A DNA stretch of 47,466 nucleotides from Acidobacteriota bacterium (GTDB lineage Bacteria > Acidobacteriota > UBA890), in the NCBI GenBank assembly GCA_050114655.1, contig JASFRZ010000001.1:1-47466 (forward strand), given 5' to 3'. Positions 25,578-33,407 of this stretch are shown in pieces. Position numbers and translations under genes: made by a program. Below the pieces are notes generated by a model that saw only the letters and a list, made by a program, of their open reading frames with translations, was not told the DNA's origin and did not search any database. Within the stretch, counting starts at the first letter, position 1. The number at the start of each line of letters is the position of its first letter.

Positions 25578-26639
25578 ATGATGCCGACCAATCACTCCGT
25601 AACGCTCAAGAAACAGCCGATTGTCACGCGACCGAGCGAGATCGTCACCATCGGCCGCTACATCCTCGACGAGGAGCTCAAGCATCCGGAGGCGTCGGGT
25701 GATCTCTCGGGCTTGCTCTACGACATCGCGCTGACCGGCAAGATGATCGCCCGCGAGGTCAGCAAGGCGGGCTTGGTCGACATTCTCGGGCAGACCGGCC
25801 ACGTCAACGTCCAGGGCGAGAAGGTGCAAAAGCTCGACGAGTACGCCAACGAGTGCTTCATCAAGAACTTCGATCACACCGGCCGACTGTGCGTGATGGC
25901 GAGCGAGGAGGAAGAGAAACCGGTCCCGATCCCCGCCAAGTTCGAGTGCGGCAAGTACGTGCTGTTGTTCGACCCCCTCGACGGCTCGTCGAACATCGAC
26001 GCCAACGTGTCGATCGGCTCGATCTTCTCGATCTACCGGCGGGTCAGCGAGGGCCCCGGCAACGGTGACCTGCAGGACCTGCTGCGCCGGGGCTGCGACC
26101 AGGTGGCGGCCGGCTACGTGCTGTACGGTCCCTCCACCATGCTGGTGTACTCCACCGGCCACGGGAAGGTCGACGGCTTCACCCTCGATCCCGGCATCGG
26201 CGAGTTCCTGCTCTCGCATCCCGACATTCGCATTCCCGAGAAGGGCAAGATCTATAGCTGCAACGAGGGCTACCGCAACCTGATGTTCGATAGCACGCGG
26301 CGCTTCCTCGACTACCTGCAGGAGCCCGACAAGGACAGCGGCCGACCGTACTCGGCGCGCTACGTCGGCTCGATGGTCGCGGACGTACATCGCACGCTGT
26401 TGTACGGCGGCATCTTCATGTATCCGGGCACCGCGAAAGCCCCCGGCGGCAAGCTGCGGCTGCTGTACGAGGCCAACCCCATGGCGATGCTCATCGAGCA
26501 CGCGGGCGGTCTGGCGACCACCGGCAAGGAGCCCATCCTCGAGCTGCAGGCGACCGAGCTGCACCAGCGGGTGCCGCTGTTCATGGGCAGCAAGAAGGAC
26601 GTCGAGCTGGCACTCGAGTTCGAGACCGGGGCGCGCTGA
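25578..26639 (+). CDS. fbp: Fructose-1,6-bisphosphatase class 1
   Basis: Internal ATG at 25578 (a second at 25581) of ORF 24705-26639, with GAGG upstream. TGDLSGLLYDIALTGKMIAREVSKAGL...NVQGEKVQKLDEYANE...LLFDPLDGSSNIDANVSIGSIFSIY...GKLRLLYEANPMAMLIEHAGG are hallmark FBPase class 1 motifs. Confidence 0.95.
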   Translation: MMPTNHSVTLKKQPIVTRPSEIVTIGRYILDEELKHPEASGDLSGLLYDIALTGKMIAREVSKAGLVDILGQTGHVNVQGEKVQKLDEYANECFIKNFDHTGRLCVMASEEEEKPVPIPAKFECGKYVLLFDPLDGSSNIDANVSIGSIFSIYRRVSEGPGNGDLQDLLRRGCDQVAAGYVLYGPSTMLVYSTGHGKVDGFTLDPGIGEFLLSHPDIRIPEKGKIYSCNEGYRNLMFDSTRRFLDYLQEPDKDSGRPYSARYVGSMVADVHRTLLYGGIFMYPGTAKAPGGKLRLLYEANPMAMLIEHAGGLATTGKEPILELQATELHQRVPLFMGSKKDVELALEFETGAR

Positions 26640-26781
26640 GCGCGCGACGCGGTCAGCTTGCGGCTTCCCCGGGCGGCCCCTAACCTGTCCGTAGATTCGC
26701 GCGCGGCAGCCACCTCGCCGCCGAATTCGACCTTCGCAACAACTTCAATGCCCCATCAGAAACCCATTCCGGAGGAATCCC

Positions 26782-27813
26782 GTGACCGACCACGGAACCC
26801 AGCTCGCAGAGACCGCCCGCGCCATCGTCGCGCCGGGCAAAGGTGTCCTCGCGGCCGACGAAAGCAGCCCGACGATCAAGAAGCGCTTCGACACGATCAA
26901 CGTCGAGTCGACGGAGGAGAATCGCCGTTTCTACCGTGAGCTGCTGTTCACCACCGAGGGCGTCAACGAGTTCATCGGCGGCGTGATTCTGTTCGACGAG
27001 ACTCTGCGCCAGTCCGCCGAGGACGGCGTGCCCTTTGCCAAGGTGCTGGCCGACGCCGGCATCGTGCCCGGCATCAAGGTCGACAAGGGAGCCAAGGCGC
27101 TCGCCGGTGCGCCGGGTGAGAAGGTCACCGAGGGCCTCGACGGGCTGCGCGACCGGCTGGTGGAGTACCACGAGCTCGGCGCACGCTTCACCAAGTGGCG
27201 CGCGGTCATCGACATCGGCGCGGGTATCCCGTCGGACTACTGCATCATGGCGAATGCCTGGGCGCTCGGCCGCTACGCGGCGCTTTCGGTCGAGCAGGGC
27301 TTCGTGCCCATCGTCGAGCCCGAGGTGCTGATGGACGGCGACCACGATATCGACACCTGCTTCGCGGTCACCGAGCGCACCCTGCACTACGTGTACCGCG
27401 CGCTGTTCGACCAGCGCGTGCCGCTCGAGCAGACGTTGCTCAAGCCCAACATGGTGATCTCGGGCAAGAAGTGTCCGACTCAGGCAGGTCCGCAGGAGAT
27501 CGCCGAAAAGACCATCCAGTGCCTCAAGAACACTGTCCCCTCGACGGTCCCCGGCATCGTGTTCCTGTCGGGCGGCCAGAGCGAGTTGGAGGCCACCGTC
27601 AACCTCAACGCGATGAACAAGATCGGCGGCTTCCCCTGGCAGCTCTCCTTCTCCTACGGTCGCGCGCTGCAGCAGGCAACGCTGCAGGCGTGGAGCGGTG
27701 ATGCCACCAACAAGGAAAAGGCGCAGAAGGCCTTCTACCATCGCGCTCGCATGAACGGGCTGGCACGCTTCGGCACCTACGAGGAATCGATGGAGGAAGA
27801 GGCCGCCGCCTGA
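26782..27813 (+). CDS. fba: Fructose-bisphosphate aldolase class I
   Basis: GTG start with GGAGGA upstream. GKGVLAADESSPTIKKRF, GIVPGIKVDKG, ARFTKWRAV, LLKPNMV (Schiff-base Lys context) and VFLSGGQS are present. Confidence 0.95.
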   Translation: MTDHGTQLAETARAIVAPGKGVLAADESSPTIKKRFDTINVESTEENRRFYRELLFTTEGVNEFIGGVILFDETLRQSAEDGVPFAKVLADAGIVPGIKVDKGAKALAGAPGEKVTEGLDGLRDRLVEYHELGARFTKWRAVIDIGAGIPSDYCIMANAWALGRYAALSVEQGFVPIVEPEVLMDGDHDIDTCFAVTERTLHYVYRALFDQRVPLEQTLLKPNMVISGKKCPTQAGPQEIAEKTIQCLKNTVPSTVPGIVFLSGGQSELEATVNLNAMNKIGGFPWQLSFSYGRALQQATLQAWSGDATNKEKAQKAFYHRARMNGLARFGTYEESMEEEAAA

Positions 27814-27885
27814 TCGTGCGGCGATCCGCCCCGGGCCCCGAACCCGCAACGGCGCTGCGGCCTGGTGGGCGATCCGTATGAGGGA

Positions 27886-27919
27886 TTGTACGAAGGTCCG
27901 TCGAAAGAGCTTCGTACAA
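27886..27919. other. Perfect 10-bp stem hairpin in a locally AT-richer spacer
   Basis: TTGTACGAAG (27886-27895), a 14-nt loop, then CTTCGTACAA (27910-27919). No U-run follows. It lies between the fba stop and the TonB-like start. Confidence 0.5.
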
Positions 27920-28021
27920 CTTCCTCTCGGTTGTTACCTTGGAGGTATCGGCAACGCGCTCGCCGGTGGCGACTTCCTCGAGTGCGCCGGCGAGCCTCCA
28001 CCTGGGCCGGGAGGCACGGCG

Positions 28022-28813
28022 ATGCGGGCCTCAGATCCCGTAGAGGATTCGAGTACAGGAGAGGGCGGTCCCCTCGATCCCGGCCGCCAGAAGCACCACG
28101 TCACTCCCGCCTACTCGCACCGCGGGTCCGAGGCCACCGGCACCTTCGAGATCGACGTCGACGTACGCGGCTGGTCGATCCAGGCATTGCAGTGGCTGAT
28201 CATCTTCGGAGCGCTGGGCCTGCTGATCGGCGGTGCCAAGTGGTGGAGCTCGCGTCATGAGGCCACGATCGCAGGTCTGGCGACAGCCCCGCCGCCAGTG
28301 ACCCGGCCCGCTCCCGCGGCCGAAACGAACGGCGACGGCACCACCGCTTCGATGGCGCCGCAAGGCGCGCCCGTCGCCGGCGCGCCCGTCGCCTCCGAGC
28401 CGGCGGACTACGGCTCGTCGACCATGCCGTCGGCCGTGCCACAGATGCCTGATGGCAGTATCCCGGATCCTTCCGGGTCCGGTGACCTCGTGGCTGCGCC
28501 GGCCGGCGCGGCACCGGACACGATCGACGTTCTGACGGTGCGCGCCCCGGCCGACGTGCCCTACCCGCGCCGCATCCACGACGTGACGCCGGAGGTGCCC
28601 GAGGGTGCCTCGGTACGCCGCGGCATCGCGGTGCTGACGTTGCTCATCGATACCGGGGGCGACGTCGCCGAGGTCGAGTTGCTGCGCAGCGTGGACCCGC
28701 TGCTCGACGAGGCGGCAATCGCCGCCGCGTGGCAATGGAAGTTCGAACCCACGCTGCACGACGGCCGGCCGGTCGTCGTGCGCAGCAACTTCACCGTGCG
28801 CTTCGGCTACTGA
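28022..28813 (+). CDS. TonB-family energy transducer (C-terminal TonB domain)
   Basis: ATG 28022 is preceded by GGGAGG 7 nt upstream. TM segment WLIIFGALGLLIGGAKWW, a Pro/Ala-rich linker, and a C-terminal RRGIAVLTLLIDTGGDVAEVELLRSVDPLLDEAAIAAAWQWKFEPTLHDGRPV...FTVRFGY. The track start 27878 would place the hairpin inside coding sequence. Confidence 0.75.
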   Translation: MRASDPVEDSSTGEGGPLDPGRQKHHVTPAYSHRGSEATGTFEIDVDVRGWSIQALQWLIIFGALGLLIGGAKWWSSRHEATIAGLATAPPPVTRPAPAAETNGDGTTASMAPQGAPVAGAPVASEPADYGSSTMPSAVPQMPDGSIPDPSGSGDLVAAPAGAAPDTIDVLTVRAPADVPYPRRIHDVTPEVPEGASVRRGIAVLTLLIDTGGDVAEVELLRSVDPLLDEAAIAAAWQWKFEPTLHDGRPVVVRSNFTVRFGY

Positions 28814-28822
28814 GCGTGGCCG

Positions 28823-29383
28823 TCAATCCCGCTTGAGCTTGTCGGCGAACGCCTTGCGGAACTTCGTCAGCTTGGGGTTGATCACCACCATGCAGTAGCC
28901 CTGTGAGGGATTCTGCCGGTAGTAGTCCTGGTGGTAGCCCTCGGCGGGATAGAAGGTCTCCAGCTCGGCCACCTCGGTGACGATCGGAGAGTCGAACACA
29001 CCGTTGGCCTCGAGCTCGGCGATGAGCTGCTCGGCGGTCTCGCGCTGCTCGGGTGAGGCATAGAAGATCGCCGAACGGTACTGCGTGCCGACGTCGGCTC
29101 CCTGCTGGTTGAGCGTCGTGGGGTCGTGGGTGAGGAAGAAGATCTCGAGGATCTCGCGGTAGGAGATGACTGACGGATCGAAGTGCACCTGCACCACCTC
29201 GGCGTGGCCGGTGGCGCCGCCGCAGACCTCCTGATAGGTCGGATCTGTCGTGCCTCCACCGGTGTAGCCCGACTCGACGTACTCGACGCCTTCGACCTCC
29301 TCGAACACCGCCTCGGTGCACCAGAAACACCCTCCACCGAGTGTGGCGATCTCGCAGCGCGAGACTTTGGAAGTGGTTACCAT
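28823..29383 (-). CDS. msrA: Peptide-methionine (S)-S-oxide reductase
   Basis: ATLGGGCFWCTEAVFEEVEGVEYVESGYTGG...YQEVCGGATGHAEVVQVHFDP...HDPTTLNQQGADVGTQYRSAIFY...GYHQDYY. AGGAAG RBS. Confidence 0.95.
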   Translation of the reverse strand: MVTTSKVSRCEIATLGGGCFWCTEAVFEEVEGVEYVESGYTGGGTTDPTYQEVCGGATGHAEVVQVHFDPSVISYREILEIFFLTHDPTTLNQQGADVGTQYRSAIFYASPEQRETAEQLIAELEANGVFDSPIVTEVAELETFYPAEGYHQDYYRQNPSQGYCMVVINPKLTKFRKAFADKLKRD

Positions 29384-29448
29384 GGTTTCTTCCTGTAGTG
29401 ACCTCGTTCATCCCCTCGAAGATCGTAACGCTTCATCGGAGGAGCATC

Positions 29449-30294
29449 GTGCGCAACAACCGTCTGACCATCATCACCCTGACACTGATCGCCGCGCTCG
29501 CCGCGGCACTGCCCGCGCAGGCCCAGGAAGAGCGAACGCTCGGCTCCAAGAACAGCACCGAGCTCGGCATCGTGCTGACCTCGGGCAACTCCAACACCAC
29601 CAGCTTCAACGTCCGCAACCTGTTCGCCTACGACTGGGAGCAGGCCGACTTCGACTGGGAGTTCGGCTACCTGCGGGCAACGTCACAGGACGACCGCTAC
29701 GCCGTCGGTAATGAGAACAACTTCGAGATCGTTCAACCCGACAGCGAGCCCGACAACAACCGCCTGTGGTCCAACGTGCGCTACCTGCGCAACATCAACG
29801 AGAGCTTCTTCTGGTACGGGCGGATGCACGCCGAAAAGGACGAGCCCGCCGACATCGACTACCGCTTCACGCCGTCGGTCGGCGCCGGCAACACCTGGTC
29901 CAAGACCGAGATGCTCACCTTCCTCACCGGCTACGGCATCAGCTACACGGCGGAGTCCCTCGCGCTCGAAGGCGAGAGCAGCTTCGCCGGCTATCAGCTC
30001 TTCTACAACCTGCTGTGGAAGATCGTCCCATCGACCGGCATCGAGAGCGACTTCGTCTTCGATGGCAGCCTGGATACCGGCAGCAACTACCGCTTCGATT
30101 GGTACAACGGCGTCAGCGTGGCAGTGAACGAGCACATCGCGCTGAAGAGCAACGTGCGCTTCGTCTATCGCAACGATCCCGCGCTCGAGGAGATCGACCT
30201 GGAGACCAGGTTCGGCCTGGAGATCGGCTCGGTGGTGGTGCCGAAGAAGAAGCTCGATACGGCGTTCACCACCTCGCTGGTGATCAACTTCTGA
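29449..30294 (+). CDS. DUF481-family outer-membrane beta-barrel protein
   Basis: GTG 29449 with GGAGGAG 5 nt upstream. Signal peptide LTIITLTLIAALAAALPAQA. ELGIVLTSGNSNTTSFNV... with alternating beta-strand pattern, ending TTSLVINF (aromatic C-terminus). Confidence 0.7.
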   Translation: MRNNRLTIITLTLIAALAAALPAQAQEERTLGSKNSTELGIVLTSGNSNTTSFNVRNLFAYDWEQADFDWEFGYLRATSQDDRYAVGNENNFEIVQPDSEPDNNRLWSNVRYLRNINESFFWYGRMHAEKDEPADIDYRFTPSVGAGNTWSKTEMLTFLTGYGISYTAESLALEGESSFAGYQLFYNLLWKIVPSTGIESDFVFDGSLDTGSNYRFDWYNGVSVAVNEHIALKSNVRFVYRNDPALEEIDLETRFGLEIGSVVVPKKKLDTAFTTSLVINF

Positions 30295-30300
30295 GCGTTA

Positions 30301-30918
30301 CTACCGCTCGATCTCCGCGCGCACGTTGACCAGGCGCACCGGCTGGCTCGAGATGCTCTTCAGGCCGAAGGTGTCGTTGGTCTCGTCGTAGCTGAACTCC
30401 GCGCCGGCGACCAGCGTGCCTTCACCGCGGCCCTCCGAGTCGATCGACAGCTCGATCAAGGTCACGTTGTAGTCCCAGGTCCGTCGCGGCTGGTTCACAG
30501 CCTCGCCGAAGCTGATCGGCCGGTTGGTGGCCAGGCGGAAGATCAGGCCGCCCTTGCCGTCGGAGAAAACGCGCGCGTAATGCAGCCGCCAGCCGGTGGT
30601 GCCGACCGACGGGGCGCGCACGAAGCCGACGTCCGGCGCATCCGCGAGCGCGCTGGCGAGCGCCTGCATGCCCTTGTCCCTGAAGACCTCTTCGAGAGCG
30701 TCGCGCTCGTCCGCCGTGTTGATCTTGTCGACGGAGATGAACAGTGGAGTCTGGCCGCTCGGGCCGGTCCCGATGTGCTGCGCCGTCATGTTGAAGGTGA
30801 CGCGCTTGATCGGCGCCTGCTGCTGCGAATCCTGCCCGTAGGCTCCAACGACGCCGATCAACGCGACGCCGAGCACGGCCACGCCCAACAGGGCGCCTAA
30901 CCGCTTGTAGGTGCTCAT
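30301..30918 (-). CDS. Hypothetical secreted protein
   Basis: Signal peptide MSTYKRLGALLGVAVLGVALIGVVGAYG. Amino-acid composition is normal for this genome, and no family was recognised. Confidence 0.6.
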   Translation of the reverse strand: MSTYKRLGALLGVAVLGVALIGVVGAYGQDSQQQAPIKRVTFNMTAQHIGTGPSGQTPLFISVDKINTADERDALEEVFRDKGMQALASALADAPDVGFVRAPSVGTTGWRLHYARVFSDGKGGLIFRLATNRPISFGEAVNQPRRTWDYNVTLIELSIDSEGRGEGTLVAGAEFSYDETNDTFGLKSISSQPVRLVNVRAEIER

Positions 30919-31037
30919 GTGTCTGCTCCCGGGTGCGGGGAAAGGTCGTTTGCAATAGCGCGAAGGAGGCTGTGCAATAAAAGGGTGTACCGGTTTCGTC
31001 CCTCGGGCAACTCGATCCGTCGCCTTTGGAGAGATCC

Positions 31038-33404
31038 ATGAAAGCCGCTCGCCCTCTACTCTCGGCCGTTCTTCTCACCCTCTTCGCGATCGCAGGCGTG
31101 CTCACTGCGCACGCCGCGCCGCAGCAATCCTCAGGCGCCGCCGCGTCGCAGGCCTCCCCAGCCGCGGCGCGCGTGGCAGCCTGGGAGCAACACCAGCAAA
31201 TGGAGCGGGAATCGCCCTTCCGTGACTTGCAGTGGCGCGCCATCGGCCCACGCCAGGCGGGCGCGCGCGTCGAGGCCATTGCCGTGCCGTCGGGCGAAGA
31301 CGGTACGATCTACGTCGGGGTGGGCTCCGGCAACCTGTGGAAGACGACCGATAACGGCATCACCTGGCGGCCGATCTTCGACGACCAGTCGACGTTCACC
31401 ATCGGCGACGTCGCTGTGGCACCGTCCGACCCCGACCTGGTGTGGGTCGGCACCGGTGAGACCCAACCGCGTCACAGCGGCTACTCCTACGCCGGGACCG
31501 GCGTGTTCAAGTCGACGGACGGGGGCGCGAGCTGGCAGCACATGGGGCTGGAGGAGACCCACCACATCGGCAAGGTGTTGATCGACCCTGACGACCCCGA
31601 CATCGTGCAGGTCGCCGCGCTCGGTCATTTCTGGACACCCAACCGCGAGCGCGGTGTGTTTCGCACAACCGACGGCGGCGTCACCTGGGAACAGACTCTG
31701 TTCGTCGACGACCGCACCGGGGCGGTGGAGATGGCGATCGACCCCTCCGATGGCAGCATCCTCTATGCTGCCACTTGGCAGGCGGTCTCCGGCACCGCCG
31801 ACGAGGGCGGCCCGGGCAGTCGCATCTACAAGAGCACCGATCGCGGCGCCACCTGGCGGGTGCTCGACGACGGCCTGCCGGGCGGCTCGCTGGGCCGCAT
31901 CGGCCTCGATGTCGCGCCGTCGAACCCGGACGTGGTGTACGCGTTCATCGACAACCGCAACCCCTGGTCGCCACCCGCCGGCGCCGGCGGCAACGACGGG
32001 CGCGAGTTCATCGGCGGCGAGATTTACCGCTCCGACGACAAGGGTGAGAGCTGGCGCAAGGTCAACGAGCAGGACGCTTACGAGTTCTTCGGCATCTACG
32101 GCTGGAAGTTCACCGACATCCGCGTCGCCCCCGATGACGAGGACGACCTCTTCGCTCTCGGCAACCGCGGCTATCACTCGGTCGACGGCGGCAGAACCTT
32201 CGAGCAGATCGGCGAAACCATCGTGCGGATCAACGACACGCGCGGCCTGGTCATGCACCTCGACCAGCACGAGATCTGGATCGATCCCCTCGACGGCGAT
32301 CACGTGCTGCTGGGCAACGACGGCGGCCTGTTCCAGAGCTGGGATCGCGGCCACACCTGGCTGCACCACAACAACATCCCGGCGGCCGAGTTCTACTCGG
32401 TGTCGACCGACCTCGACGTGCCCTACAGCGTGTTCGGCGGCACGCAGGACAACGCCGCCCTGTACGGCCCGTCTGATGCCGACGCCTACGACCACCAGCC
32501 CGACCCGTGGGAGAACGTCTACCTCGACCGCTGGACCGGCGGCGACTCGTTCGACACCCTGCGCGACCCGACCGACCCGGACTTCGTCTATTACGAACAC
32601 CAGCACGGCGACATGCTGCGCATGGACATCACCGGCGCCGACGTGCAGTCGGGCGGTGACTCGTCGGTGCGTATCCGGCCGCGCGCGCCCCGCGACGAGC
32701 CCGGCTGGCGCTTCTCCTGGTACACGCCGATCATCATCTCCCACCACGACCCGCGCACCCTGATCGTCGGCGCCAACCACGTTCTGCGCACCCGCAACCG
32801 CGGCGAGGACTGGGAGGCGATCAGCCCTGACCTTTCCGACCAAGGCGGCGGTGAGCGTGCGGTGGTGCCGTTCGGCACCATCACCATGTTGTCGGAATCG
32901 CGCCTGCTGCCCGGCGTGCTCTACGCCGGCACCGAGGGCGGCAGCATCTGGCTGACCACCTCCGACGGCGACGCGTGGGAGCGCATCTCCGACGGACTGC
33001 CGCGCAAATGGGTATCGCGCGTGGTCGCCTCGCAGCACGATCTGCAGCGCGTCTACGCAGCCTTCACCGGCTTTCGCGAGGACGACTTCTCCGCCTACCT
33101 TTTCGTCTCCGAGGATCTCGGCGCCTCGTGGACGCCGATCAGTGACGGGCTGCCGGCGGAGTCGATCAACGTGGTGACGGAGGATCCGACCAACGAGGAC
33201 ATCCTCTACGCCGGCACCGACGGCGGCGTCTACGTGTCGCTCGACCGCGGCCGCACCTGGAGCTCGCTCTCCGCCACCCTCCCCACCACCCCGGTGCACG
33301 ACCTCGAGGTCCACCCGCGCGACCCGGAGATCATCATCGGCACGCACGGCCGCAGCGTGTGGGTCCTGGACATCGAGGAGGTACGCGCGGCGGCGATGCG
33401 CTAG
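31038..33404 (+). CDS. Secreted BNR/Asp-box repeat beta-propeller protein (sortilin/VPS10-like)
   Basis: ATG 31038 with GGAGAG upstream and a signal peptide. About 11 Asp-box motifs S/T-x-D-x-G-x-T/S-W are present (TTDNGITW, STDGGASW, TTDGGVTW, STDRGATW, SDDKGESW, SEDLGASW, SLDRGRTW ...). Confidence 0.85.
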   Translation: MKAARPLLSAVLLTLFAIAGVLTAHAAPQQSSGAAASQASPAAARVAAWEQHQQMERESPFRDLQWRAIGPRQAGARVEAIAVPSGEDGTIYVGVGSGNLWKTTDNGITWRPIFDDQSTFTIGDVAVAPSDPDLVWVGTGETQPRHSGYSYAGTGVFKSTDGGASWQHMGLEETHHIGKVLIDPDDPDIVQVAALGHFWTPNRERGVFRTTDGGVTWEQTLFVDDRTGAVEMAIDPSDGSILYAATWQAVSGTADEGGPGSRIYKSTDRGATWRVLDDGLPGGSLGRIGLDVAPSNPDVVYAFIDNRNPWSPPAGAGGNDGREFIGGEIYRSDDKGESWRKVNEQDAYEFFGIYGWKFTDIRVAPDDEDDLFALGNRGYHSVDGGRTFEQIGETIVRINDTRGLVMHLDQHEIWIDPLDGDHVLLGNDGGLFQSWDRGHTWLHHNNIPAAEFYSVSTDLDVPYSVFGGTQDNAALYGPSDADAYDHQPDPWENVYLDRWTGGDSFDTLRDPTDPDFVYYEHQHGDMLRMDITGADVQSGGDSSVRIRPRAPRDEPGWRFSWYTPIIISHHDPRTLIVGANHVLRTRNRGEDWEAISPDLSDQGGGERAVVPFGTITMLSESRLLPGVLYAGTEGGSIWLTTSDGDAWERISDGLPRKWVSRVVASQHDLQRVYAAFTGFREDDFSAYLFVSEDLGASWTPISDGLPAESINVVTEDPTNEDILYAGTDGGVYVSLDRGRTWSSLSATLPTTPVHDLEVHPRDPEIIIGTHGRSVWVLDIEEVRAAAMR

Positions 33405-33407
33405 CAG

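Noticed and set aside
25497-27849. 355 aa and 389 aa - ORFs (25497-26564 and 26680-27849)
   Set aside because: They are antisense shadows of fbp and class I fba, both of which are unambiguous on the + strand.
27819-27875. 9-nt direct repeat GGCGATCCG (27819 and 27867) after fba
   Set aside because: There are only two short copies in GC-rich DNA with no further structure, so it is most likely coincidental.
27878-28021. Upstream ATG 27878 as the start of the TonB-like gene
   Set aside because: It would put the AT-richer hairpin region inside coding sequence and add a non-hydrophobic Cys/Gly-rich leader. ATG 28022 has a strong GGGAGG RBS at proper spacing.
31131-33347. 738 aa - ORF
   Set aside because: It is antisense to the BNR/Asp-box gene, which has about 11 canonical S-x-D-x-G-x-T-W motifs. 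The minus ORF is Arg/Gly/Ala/Val-rich with no recognisable domain, a typical high-GC shadow ORF.
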